A stretch of 64,000 nucleotides of DNA from Cenarchaeum sp. (GTDB lineage: Archaea; Thermoproteota; Nitrososphaeria; Nitrososphaerales; Nitrosopumilaceae): the NCBI GenBank assembly GCA_965242695.1, contig CBDESU010000001.1, forward strand, positions 384,001 to 448,000. The letters run 5' to 3'. The position numbers were made by a program, and so were the translations under genes. This document shows, piece by piece, positions 12,570 through 23,575 of the stretch; the stretch's first letter is position 1, and each line of letters begins with the position of its first letter. The notes beneath the pieces were generated by a model. The model searched no databases and was not told the origin of the DNA. It saw nothing but the letters and a program-made list of their open reading frames with translations.

Positions 12570-13568
12570 TTTTCGCCCGTAATTGCATGCAATCTTCAAT
12601 ACGTTTTCGTGAACTCAAATAGAACCCCTATAGATAGCACTCTGCAAGGGCCTCGCTAGTCCTCCATGGCTTTTCTGGAGGGCGTGAGGGGGATCGCAGG
12701 CGCTCCAGCGCCGGCGCCTTAAAGCCTGATGACTCTACTTCTGCAAGGGCCTGTTCCACCATCTGCATGCCTTCGGCGTCTGTGCGGCGCGGCTCGACTC
12801 TTTCCGACACATAGTTGTCGAATCCCTCCACGCCTATCTCAATCCCGTCGCAGGTGCACTCTCCGTCTCCCATGGAGTACACGGCCCTGAGCTTTAGGGG
12901 CGGCTCAGGTGACGAGTCTGCCGCCGCAGTCCACCTGTTGGACGTACCGTCTGAAGTGCTAGGGGACCCATCGCCCGTCCCTGTCGAGCCGGCGTTCTCC
13001 CCGTTTCTGCCTGGGGTGACCCCGACGCCCCCGTTTGCACCCTGGGGACTGTTCGCCGCCGCACTGGACCCTGCACACGCTTCGGTTCGTGCCGTTTGAT
13101 GCGGATCGCACCCGCCCTTGTCGGGGCCCCGTACCATGCCTGCGCCCGACTTACAAGGCACGGCGAGACTTGCTGGCGGATCGCCCTGATGTGCGCGGCC
13201 GGCGAGCATGCGGCGGGATATTGTCCCCGCCGCCGCATCCCTGCGGCACGGCATGGCGGGAGCGATCGGGACGGGACGGCGTGCCTGGCGCACCGCGTAT
13301 GGGGCAGACCTGCAGAAGGCGAACACTGCGTACCACCGCAGGAGAGTCGGTATTTAGTTTTACGTGCAGAGGGCGGCGCCTCCCGGGGCGCCGCGCGCGT
13401 TGCAGGGGGGGACGTGAATGCGCGAATCGCGCCGCGCGGCGGGTGCAGCCTAGTGCCGCCGCCCCTGACCTGCCGCGCCCCCCGCATCCGCCGGACTGAA
13501 TGTGCGTGGATGTGCAGGAGTGGGGCGTGCCGCGCCGACCTGGCATCCCCGCGGTTGCCAACAACGCA

Positions 13569-14632
13569 CTATCTGCGACTCCTCTCGGGATCGTCCGCGT
13601 CGCCTGCCTCCGCCGCTGCGGCCGCCACCGCGCCTGCGAACCACTCTGTCGGCCGGGATTCGCGCGACGAGTAGTGGATCCTGTACGTGTTCGCGCTCAC
13701 CCTTTCAGCCAAGCCGATCCTCACAAACTCCTCCATCGCGTCTTTTATCCACGCCTTCTTGACGCACCCTGGGTTTGACGAGTGTGCAAGCTGGGAGGCC
13801 AGCCGATGCATCCTGTCGACTTCGACATCGACATAGACCACTTTGTTTCCGAGGAGTCTTTTGAGCTTTTTGCCGTGCATCAGGTTGGGAAACACCTGGA
13901 CCCACAGCACGAACATGATGTACGGCAGGGGCGGCCTTGAGTCGTAGAACTTTGTGCTTCGGAGGTCGTTCGATAAGGCCTGTGAGTCGATCGACCAGCC
14001 CCTTCCAAGTGCCTCGTGTGCTTTTTTGTGGGAGATTACCCCCGACGATCTCTTAAGAATATACTCTTCTCCATCGCCGTTGTTTTTACCAGACGCCATC
14101 CCAATGATCGAAAGTGGACTTTTGATTTCTATTCTCCCCTCCCTGAGGGCGGCGGGGAGTCCGGCGGCAAAGTCGTGCGCGTGACCGGCTCTGACCACGA
14201 CTACGATGTCGTGATCGTTGCGCTGACTGCCGCCTCCGTCGTGCGGCGCCTCGTCCTCCCACCCGCCAAGCTCGCCGTCGTAGCGATGCACCTGCTTGGC
14301 CATTTGTTCGATGGCCGCCGTGTGCTGCGGGTACGACGACTTGACCTCGACCACCGCGCGGTATCCTGCACCGCCGGGCCTCCCCCTCGTCTCAAGGGTC
14401 ATGTCGGGGGTGACGGTCGTGCCACCAGCCGTGCGCATCCTCGGCCTAATCGGGCCGCCGGCGCCGGCGCCCAAGCCGGGGTGACGGTCGTGCCACCAGC
14501 CGTGCGCATCCTCGGGCCCTGGCGGAGCCTCGCACCTGCGAGGTCCTTGAAGGCCCTCCCGGCGCAGACTATCGCCTCGACTGTAAACTTGTACGCGCCC
14601 ATTTCGGCGCCCATCGCATCGATGCAGTCCAC
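13569..14632 (-). pseudogene. Putative PD-(D/E)xK nuclease with a C-terminal winged-helix-like region, frameshifted by a 71-bp duplication/insertion
   Basis: Removing 71 bp fuses ORF 14399-14632 to ORF 13569-14666, giving 330 aa with VTPDMTLE..AVVEVKSS. The GTG start overlaps the upstream TAG. Confidence 0.65.
14407..14515. repeat. Perfect 38-bp direct repeat flanking a 33-bp insert
   Basis: GGGGTGACGGTCGTGCCACCAGCCGTGCGCATCCTCGG at 14407-14444 and 14478-14515. Confidence 0.95.
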
Positions 14633-15710
14633 TACGACCCACCGTCGTACCTTTCGATCGTGGCATCGCCGAATTTCTCCATTACGTGGTTGACCAGCCT
14701 CGACATCGATGCGTCGGTTGCAGAGAACGTGGGTATAATTGTAAGCTTGTCGTTGGCCAGTGCCATGATGTCGTACGTCGAGCAGTCGCCGTAGTCTACC
14801 AGCGAGATGTGCATGAACATGTCGCTAAGGTAGTCGAAGAATGCGGTGTGGGGCATGGATCCGATAGCATCGATGCGGGCGCTGTTCTTGTCGGGGTCGG
14901 CGAACCAGCGTTCCTTGAACCCCACGATCAGCGAGTCGGCGATCCGCCGGTTGGCCGTCCTGGCGATTGTCCGCAGCTTTTCCGCCCTGCCGGCCGCTAG
15001 GTCTGCGGCCCGGGGGAGCACGGCGCCGAACAGGACGCCCGTCCCGCGGCTTGCAGAAAAGCGGCAGTCCCTGGTCACGGTCAGCATGCAGGTGGTGTCG
15101 GTCCCGTTGCCTTGGGCCTGGCCGGCGGGACTGCAGGACATCTCCACGGCCCTGATCTCGCAACGCTCTTCGTCGCCCTCGCCGGCGAACTCGCCGGCAG
15201 GCCTGTCGATACGATCCGTGCGCGAGTCGTACTTTTCAGGATCGGAGCGCCGTGTCCGGGTCGACACGCGCCTGACCCGAGCATCGCAGATCTCTGCGGC
15301 GGCCCCTACGATGCCGCGCATTTCCTCGTTAGAGAGGTGCACCCTAGTGATCGTCGGGATGCGCTGTCGAGCAGCGACACGAACCGCGCCTCAAAGTCTG
15401 CGGAGGCACAGTCGCTCAGAGCATAGTAGACGTTCGGCTGCCCGCCGCTCCTCACAATCGCGATGCGGATGGGCTCTAGGCCCCGCCCGTTGAGCGTCAG
15501 CACCGACTTGCCGTTCCTGCGTGACACGTCGGGGCGCCCGTCGTCGGGGGCCCACTCGGTGATCTCCGTAGCGGGATGCTTGCGCGAGTGGAGCACCGTC
15601 ACATTGATCGTCGCGCCGCCCCTAGAGGCGGCCGCGTCGGCGGCCCTGGCAAGGCTAGGCAGCCTCCCACTCCTCTCGTACAGCAGCTCTGCGTACTCTT
15701 GGCCCGCCAT
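14632..15710 (-). pseudogene. Hypothetical protein, probably one gene of about 359 aa split by a 1-bp frameshift
   Basis: ORFs 15306-15710 and 14632-15342 overlap; one added base near 15356-15358 joins them. A TATA-like CTTATAG lies about 30 nt upstream of ATG 15710. Confidence 0.55.
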
Positions 15711-16146
15711 GCTCTCCCCAATGCGGGCAACGGCGCTGATACTATAAGCCGTTCGCGAGTCGGCTGGTCGTCGTCGCCGTGCAGCGGCGGCGCCAACTTG
15801 CCGCCGCCTCTGGCCCGCTAGCCCTCTGCATTCGCCGGGCAGGACGTGCGTGGATGCGTGGGGGAGAGTGCAGGGCCGCTAGGGCACCTGCGTCCAATGG
15901 AGGCGCAGTTGTTCACTAGATGCGATCCCTGTCCGCCCCTTCACAGTGCGCCGCCGCGCCCGCATGCGCGCCGTCTGCGCCCCTGTGCGGCCTCGCGCAG
16001 GCCGTTCACACTGCCCGCATCCGGCCGGCGATGCCGTGATCCGCACCTGCCTGCGCCCCAGCGCGACGGCGCAGCAGCGGCGCGGATCCCGATCGCACCC
16101 CTCGCCCGCCACGAATAAATACACGCCCCGCCGCCGCCGCGCATGG

Positions 16147-17610
16147 GTGGACGCCTTTGGGGACGGGCCATGCATCGTGCCGCTCGGCCTGCCGGGCGGC
16201 CCGTTTGAGGCGTACGAGTCGATCTCGCGCGCCCACACGCACTGCTTTCTGCTAGAGTCGCTGACGGGGCCGGGCGAGCTTGCCGAGACGTCCGTGATGG
16301 GGTTTGCCCCGCGCACGATAGTCAGGGGGTACCGCGACAGGGTAGAGTTCTGCGAGAGGCGCTGCGGCGGAGGCGGCGGTGGCGCCGCCAGTAGCGGCGA
16401 AGCGGACGGAGCCGCGGCGCCGTCGTACTCCTACGCCGAGCCGTCCGCCGTGCGCACGGACGATCCGATGGCCGAGCTGCGCCGCGCCGCGGCCCCGCGC
16501 ACCTCCTACTCGCGGCACAGGTACGCCGGCGGCGCAGTCGGGGTCGTAGACTACGATGCGGTCCGCCTGTTCGAGCGCGTGCCGGAGGAGGCGGGCCCCG
16601 CACAAGGCCCCCTCTTCGAGTTCGGGCTGTACGACGACGGCGTGCTGTACGACAATGCCGAGCGCCGGCTGTACTACTTTGCGTACGCCGGCCAGGAAGA
16701 GGCGGAGGGGGCAGCGGCGCGGCTGCGCGCGCAGGCCGGGTCCGCCGGGCCGCCCGGCCCGGGCGCCTTCCGGGCGGGCCCCGTGGAGGCGAGCATGGGC
16801 GAGGACGAGTTTGCGGATGCGGTCCGCAGCGCAAAGCGGCACGTGCACGCCGGCGACGCGTTCCAGGTCGTCCTGTCGCGCCGGTACGAGTTCGAGGCGC
16901 GCGGCGGCGACGACCTCGCAGTGTACGCCGCATTGCGCCGGCTCAACCCGTCGCCGTACATGTTCCACGTAAGGCAGGGGGACCGCCTTGCGGTCGGCGC
17001 CTCGCCAGAGATGCTCGTGCGCGTGACGGGGAGGGACGTGGAGACGTTTCCGATCGCGGGGACGCGGCCAGTGACGGGAGACGCGGCCGCCGACGACTCG
17101 CTCGCGCGCGAGCTGCTCGCCGACGAAAAGGAGCTCGCCGAGCACACGATGCTCGTCGACCTCGGGCGCAACGACATAGGGCGCGTGTGCGAGCACGGCT
17201 CGGTCGGGGTCGACGAGCTCATGCAGATCAGGCGGTTCAGCCACGTGCAGCACATCGTATCGCACGTGTCCGGCCGGCTGCGCGCCGGCGCCGACATGTT
17301 CGACGCGTTCGCCGCCGTGTTTCCGGCCGGGACAGTCTCGGGCGCCCCAAAGGTGCGGGCCATGGAGATAATCGACGGGCTAGAGCCGTGCGCGCGCGGG
17401 CCGTACGCCGGCGCGGTCGGGTACTTTTCGGCCAACGGCTGCTGCGACTTTGCCATCGCCATACGGGCCGTGTTCGTCGACGGGCCGCGCGGGTTCGTGC
17501 AGGCCGGCGCCGGGATCGTCTCCGACTCGGACCCGCATGCCGAGTTTGCCGAGACCGAGCACAAGGCCGGCGCGGCCCTGCAGGCCGTCAGGGAGGCGTC
17601 CGTCCAATGA
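16147..17610 (+). CDS. trpE: Anthranilate synthase component I
   Basis: FLLES, GDAFQVVLS, NPSPYM, PIAGT, EHTMLVDLGRND, PAGTVSGAPK. GTG start inferred from the AT-rich box at about 16115. Confidence 0.95.
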   Translation: MDAFGDGPCIVPLGLPGGPFEAYESISRAHTHCFLLESLTGPGELAETSVMGFAPRTIVRGYRDRVEFCERRCGGGGGGAASSGEADGAAAPSYSYAEPSAVRTDDPMAELRRAAAPRTSYSRHRYAGGAVGVVDYDAVRLFERVPEEAGPAQGPLFEFGLYDDGVLYDNAERRLYYFAYAGQEEAEGAAARLRAQAGSAGPPGPGAFRAGPVEASMGEDEFADAVRSAKRHVHAGDAFQVVLSRRYEFEARGGDDLAVYAALRRLNPSPYMFHVRQGDRLAVGASPEMLVRVTGRDVETFPIAGTRPVTGDAAADDSLARELLADEKELAEHTMLVDLGRNDIGRVCEHGSVGVDELMQIRRFSHVQHIVSHVSGRLRAGADMFDAFAAVFPAGTVSGAPKVRAMEIIDGLEPCARGPYAGAVGYFSANGCCDFAIAIRAVFVDGPRGFVQAGAGIVSDSDPHAEFAETEHKAGAALQAVREASVQ

Positions 17611-18266
17611 GGTTCCTCGTCATAGACAACTACGACTCGTTCGTGTACAACATCGCGCAGTACCTCGGCGGCCTCGGCGTCGCATGCGACGTCGTCCGAA
17701 ACGACGCCGTTACGGCGGGCGAGGCCCTGTCCGGCCGGTACGACGCGGTCGTCGTCTCGCCCGGGCCGGGATCGCCCGGCGATGCGCGCAGCTTTGGCGT
17801 GTGCGGCGACGTCATACGGGGGGCCGCATCGCGCGGCCGCCCCCCGGTGCTAGGCGTGTGCCTCGGCCACCAGGGGATCGTCGAGGCGTTCGGCGGGCGC
17901 GTCGTCAACGCCGCGCGCGTGAGGCACGGCAAGACGAGCCCCGTCCGGCACACGGGCGCGCCGCTGTTTGACGGGGTGCGCAACCCGTTCAGGGCCACCC
18001 GGTACCACTCGCTCGTCGGCGACCGCACGGTGATCCCGGGCTCGCTAGAGGTGACGGCCGTGGCCGAGGACGACTCGGAGGTAATGGCCGTGCGGCACCG
18101 CGAGCACCCGATACAGGGGGTGCAGTTCCACCCAGAGTCGATAATGACCGAGGACGGCATGCGCATACTGGCCAACTTTGTGAGGGGCGTGGGAGGCGGG
18201 GGCGGGGCGGCGCCGGGTGCGGCCGTCGTCGCCGCCGCCGATGCGGAAAGGGCGGTGGAGCGCTGA
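17607..18266 (+). CDS. trpG: Anthranilate synthase component II (glutamine amidotransferase)
   Basis: IDNYDSF, SPGPG, GVCLGHQ, RYHSL, QFHPES; ATGA overlap with trpE. Confidence 0.95.
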   Translation: MRFLVIDNYDSFVYNIAQYLGGLGVACDVVRNDAVTAGEALSGRYDAVVVSPGPGSPGDARSFGVCGDVIRGAASRGRPPVLGVCLGHQGIVEAFGGRVVNAARVRHGKTSPVRHTGAPLFDGVRNPFRATRYHSLVGDRTVIPGSLEVTAVAEDDSEVMAVRHREHPIQGVQFHPESIMTEDGMRILANFVRGVGGGGGAAPGAAVVAAADAERAVER

Positions 18267-19411
18267 TGGCCGCCGCGACGGCCGATGCGCTCGCAAGGCT
18301 GCGAGCCGGCGGGCCGCCGCTGTCAAGGGCAGAGGCGGCCGCCGTCGCCGGCGAGATGCTCGAGGGCAGGTGCGGCGCCGGCGACTCTGGCGACCGCCTC
18401 GCCGCCGACCTCCTGCTTGAGATGGCCGGCCGCGGCGAGGCCGAGGATGAGCTGCTCGGCTTTCTCGACGCCGTCTCCTCGCGCGTGCTTGCGATCGATC
18501 TTCCAGAGCCGCCGCCGGGGTTTGGCGGCGCCGGCGCGATCGACGTGTGCGGCACGGGCGGCGACGGCATGCGGACCGTCAACGTCTCGACGGCCGCCGC
18601 GTTCGTGGCCGCCGCCGCCGGCGTGCCGGTCGCAAAGTACGGCAACCGCTCGAGCTCGGGCGGGACGGGAAGCGCCGACATCATAGAGGCGCTCGGGTTC
18701 GATCTCGGGATGGCGCCGGCCGGCGTGCCTGCCGTGTTCGCGCGCATCGGTATATGCTTCATGTTCGCGCCGGCGCACAATCCAGGCATGAGAAACGTGG
18801 CCGCGGCGCGCCGGATCGCGGCAGGCCGCACGGCGTTCAACGTCGTCGGCCCGCTGACAAACCCCGCGCGGGTGCGCCGCCAGCTCGTCGGCGTCTCCTC
18901 GCCGGGCCTACTCGAGACGGTTCCGCACCTGCTTGCCGCCCGCGGGGCCGAGCTTGCCGTGGCGGTGCGCTCGTCCGACGGAATGGACGAGCTGTCGGCG
19001 GCGGTTCCGAGCGACGTGTGCGAGGCGCGCGCCGCCCCTGGCGGCGGCGAGGGGAAGGATAGGCGGGGGGATGCGGCCGTGCGCAGGTACACAGTAGACC
19101 CGTCGTCGCTTGACCTTCGGGGGAGGGACGACGGCCGTGGCCGCGGCGCATCGGACCTGCGGACGTCCTCGGCCGCCGAGTCGCTGAAAAAGTTTGTCGC
19201 CGCGGTCGACGGGACGGCCGGAAGCACGGTGCAGGATACGGTCGAGATCAACGCTGCGGCGGCCCTGTATGCGGGCGGCGCGGCAGCCGGAATATCTGAC
19301 GGGCTTGCGTCCGCCCGCGAGGCCGTAGAGTCGGGCAGGGCATCGCGGCTGCTCGGCGAGTTCGTCTCGCTGTGCGGGATGCCCGAGCGCCTAGAGGAGG
19401 CGAGGGGATAG
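18266..19411 (+). CDS. trpD: Anthranilate phosphoribosyltransferase
   Basis: DVCGTGGDG, NVST, KYGNRS, GSAD, GPLTNP, DGMDE. Confidence 0.95.
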   Translation: MAAATADALARLRAGGPPLSRAEAAAVAGEMLEGRCGAGDSGDRLAADLLLEMAGRGEAEDELLGFLDAVSSRVLAIDLPEPPPGFGGAGAIDVCGTGGDGMRTVNVSTAAAFVAAAAGVPVAKYGNRSSSGGTGSADIIEALGFDLGMAPAGVPAVFARIGICFMFAPAHNPGMRNVAAARRIAAGRTAFNVVGPLTNPARVRRQLVGVSSPGLLETVPHLLAARGAELAVAVRSSDGMDELSAAVPSDVCEARAAPGGGEGKDRRGDAAVRRYTVDPSSLDLRGRDDGRGRGASDLRTSSAAESLKKFVAAVDGTAGSTVQDTVEINAAAALYAGGAAAGISDGLASAREAVESGRASRLLGEFVSLCGMPERLEEARG

Positions 19412-20258
19412 TGGCCGCCGGCGGGACGGGGGACGGCAAGGCGGACGCCCGGGGCGGCGGCATGCTAGCGCGCCTCGTCGAGAACTCGCGCGCGGCCCTC
19501 AGCGAGGGCGTGTACGACGATCCGCCGCCCGGCCGGCCGTGCGGCCCGCGCGGCGCCCTGTCCGGGGCCGTCCGGCGCGCGGCCGCGTCCGGAATGGCGC
19601 CCGTGATTGCAGAGGTAAAGTTCGCATCCCCGTCGATGGGGACCATACGCGAGGGCGGCGATCCGGCGGCGATCGCCGGCGCCATGGCGGCGGGCGGCGC
19701 GTGCGCCCTGTCCGTCCTCACGCAGCCGCGCCTGTTCGGCGGCTCGCCGGGCTCGCTCGCCGCCGTGCGCGCGGCCCTGCCGGCGATGCCGATCCTCATG
19801 AAGGACATCGTAGTAGACTACAGGCAGATCGACGCGGCGCGCGCGCTCGGCGCCGACTGCGTCCTGCTCATGCAGTCGCTGTTCGACGGCGGCCACCTGT
19901 CGGGGATGGACGGCATGGTGGGCCGCGCGCACGATCTCGGCCTAGAGGTCCTGGCCGAGGCGCACACCCCGGAAGAGTTCCGGCACGCGGCCGCCTCGGG
20001 AGCCGACCTGCTCGGCATCAACAACCGCGACCTGGACACGCTAGGCGTCGACCTGGGCGCGACCGGGGCGGTCCTGGCCGGCGGGCGCGGCGCCGCTGCG
20101 GCGGGGCGCCCCGTCGTCTCCGAGAGCGGAATCTCGTCGCCGCGCGACGTTGCAAGGCTGCGCGCGGCGGGCGCTGACGCGTTCCTCGTCGGCACGGGGA
20201 TAATGTCTGCAGAGGGCGGCAACGTTGAAAAGGCCGTCGCGGGGCTGGTCGGCGCCGC

Positions 20259-20262
<4 letters not shown>
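19411..20262 (+). CDS. trpC: Indole-3-glycerol phosphate synthase
   Basis: [32 protein letters not shown]; TAGTG overlap with trpD. Confidence 0.93.
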
Positions 20263-21565
<1,303 letters not shown>

Positions 21566-21569
<4 letters not shown>

Positions 21570-22408
21570 CGCGCATCTCTGACGTTTTTTCGCGCCTGCG
21601 CGGCCGCGGCGAGGCGGCCCTTGTCGCGTACATGATGGCGGGGCACCCGTCCTGGCGGGCGTCGGACGCGGTGCTGCGCGGCATGGCGTCCGGCGGCGCA
21701 GACATTGTAGAGCTGGGATTTCCGTTCTCCGACCCGCTCGCCGACGGGCCCGTGATACAGGACGCCGCGGCCCGCTCGCTGCGCGGCGGCGCGACGTTCG
21801 GCCGCTTCCTGTCGTTCGCAAGGAGGGCCCGCAGGATGACCGACGCGCCGCTCGTCCTCATGACGTACGCAAACGTGCTGCACAGGCGGGGGTTCGCCGC
21901 GGCCGTCTCCGAGGCCGCATCGGCCGGGATAGACGGCTTTGTCGTGCCCGACCTGCCCGTCGACGAGTCGGCAGAGTACCGCGATGCGGCCGCCGCCGCC
22001 GGGGCGGACACGATATTCCTGGCGTCCCCGAACACGTCGGACGAGAGGCTCGCCAGCATAGCGGACGCCTCGTCCGGCTTTCTCTACCTGGTCGCCGTGT
22101 ACGGGACGACCGGGGCAAGGCGGTCGGCGGCGCGGTACAGCCTGCAGGCGGTTCGGAGGGCGAGGAGGATCGCCGGCGCGTCGGTTCCCGTCGGGGTCGG
22201 GTTTGGCGTGTCCACGCCGGCCGACGTGTCGGCGTACGTCTCGGCCGGCGCCGACGCCGTGGTCGTCGGCAGCGCGCTCGTCGGGCTCGCGGGCAGCGCG
22301 CCGGGCGGGCGGCTGGAGCGGGACGTCTCGGCGCTGACGGCCCGGCTAAAGGGGGCGACGGCGCGCCGGCGCGGCGGCAGACAGGGGAAGCATCTGCCTG
22401 CGCGGTAG
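21566..22408 (+). CDS. trpA: Tryptophan synthase alpha chain
   Basis: [36 protein letters not shown]. Confidence 0.96.
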
Positions 22409-22457
22409 ATGCGCGCGATGCGGGCCGCCTGGCGCCCTTGCCGCCTGCCTTTCCTGC

Positions 22458-22820
22458 CTATGGGCCGCCTGGCGCCCTTGCCGCATCGTAGGCGTCCTCG
22501 AGCGCGGCCCCGACCATGTCGACTGCGTTGTTGCGGCCAAACGGCCTGCCACTCCTCTCGCATGCGCGCCTGTACATGTTGACCGCGGTAAACCGCGGGT
22601 GCATTGCCTCGTACGCGCCGCCGGGCATCTCGATGAACGCGCCGGCGGCGACAAGCGACTCGGCCACTGCCTCGGCACCGCCGCAGGGAATGCCGGCCGC
22701 CTCTGCGATCTGCGCTGCCGTCATCCGGCCGCCGGACGTCACGGCAACAAAGGCCGCGGTCTGCTCGCCGGTGAGCCCGATCTCCTCGATCAGAACGCGG
22801 CGCACTGCATCGCTGTCCAT
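22458..22820 (-). CDS. TrmB-like winged-helix transcriptional regulator
   Basis: GLT.EQ..AF...GRMTAAQIAE..GI...SLV..G pattern, 120 aa. Confidence 0.7.
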   Translation of the reverse strand: MDSDAVRRVLIEEIGLTGEQTAAFVAVTSGGRMTAAQIAEAAGIPCGGAEAVAESLVAAGAFIEMPGGAYEAMHPRFTAVNMYRRACERSGRPFGRNNAVDMVGAALEDAYDAARAPGGP

Positions 22821-23284
22821 GCGGAGGAGGGCGGGGCGGCCCCTTATCTTTTGTCGCCCCTCCCCCTGCGGCGCGACGGCCGCGACACCTCGCTACATGC
22901 GGCCCGGACTACCGCGCTTCGCAGGCCCTGCGGGCATTCCGATCGCCCGCGGCCCTGCGGCGGCAAAGGTCGAGGCCGCAGGATGCCCGTGCCCGCAAGC
23001 GCCGGCGTGGCCTATAGCGACGGACTTTGCTGTGTTCATGTTGCGCTTTCTCTAGGCATACGAGTGACAGCGTTTGTGGGGGGCGCGTGAGGGCCGCGCG
23101 TGCCTCTTGACGATCAAAGTCAACCAGAGCTCGCCCGGACTAACTGAAGCCACCTAGAGCCGCCGCTATAGGCACGCCGCCTGCCGGCTGCCCGTTGCCG
23201 CGCCGCTTTTTTTGGGACTGCCAAATGGATGGCGCGATCGCGCTCCCTTCGCAGCCTTTATCACCCCTCGCAGGGGGGTCGATT

Positions 23285-23377
23285 CGGCGACGGCGGGAGT
23301 CGAACCCGCAAGGCGCTTGGTGTCTCAAGCGCCGGCGTGGTCTGAGCACGCTGGGCTACCGATTGCCCATCGTCGCC
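23285..23377 (-). tRNA. Non-canonical tRNA-like gene, anticodon CAG, long variable arm, G73
   Basis: 93 nt: acceptor GGCGACG/CGTCGCC; D arm GGGC-AATCGGTA-GCCC; anticodon arm GCGTG-CTCAGAC-CACGC; V stem GGCGCTTG/CAAGCGCC; T arm GCGGG-TTCGACT-CCCGC. Confidence 0.85.
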
Positions 23378-23461
23378 ATTTTTATCCGAGGCTCGCATCC
23401 GCCGCGCTACGCGATCGCACCCCCTTCGCATACTTTATAACAGCCCGATTCGGGCTCGATT

Positions 23462-23554
23462 CGGCGACGGCGGGAGTCGAACCCGCAAGGCGCTTGTGGT
23501 GGCAAGCGCCGGCGTGGTCTAAGCACGCTGGGCTACCGATTGCCCATCGTCGCC
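23462..23554 (-). tRNA. Non-canonical tRNA-like gene, anticodon UAG, long variable arm, G73
   Basis: Identical to 23285-23377 except for position 34 (loop CTTAGAC) and the 6-nt variable loop (CCACCA versus AGACAC). Confidence 0.85.
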
Positions 23555-23575
23555 ATTTTTACTAAAAATCAATGC

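Larger units (their letters stand above)
11068..12630 (+). mobile_element. IS630-family insertion sequence, 1563 bp
   Basis: Imperfect TIRs TAGGGGCTCTACTAAAGTTGAC / TAGGGGTTCTATTTGAGTTCAC; TA duplication at 11066-67 and 12631-32; the empty site reads CTAG. Confidence 0.92.
10565..13137 (-). pseudogene. PD-(D/E)xK nuclease-like protein (HamA/DUF1837-like) interrupted by IS630
   Basis: Removing the IS and one TA restores the frame: WRTSEALAECYL-EDFESASFPYPRLRDERN..PDLVG..FGEVKT. It lies directly upstream of the helicase. Start uncertain (ATG 13137 gives 335 aa). Confidence 0.75.

Noticed and set aside
23285-23554. tRNA-Sec or ochre suppressor (TCA/TTA seen in the loops)
   Set aside because: The 5-bp stem fixes a 7-nt loop centred on CAG/TAG, and the acceptor/T arrangement is 7/5 rather than 9/4.
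23463-23555. Plus-strand reading of the second tRNA-like copy as a CUA-anticodon (Pyl/amber) tRNA ending GCCA
   Set aside because: The arm order is wrong on that strand and there is no TTCGA T loop. The minus strand has the T loop, the D-loop GG and a promoter.
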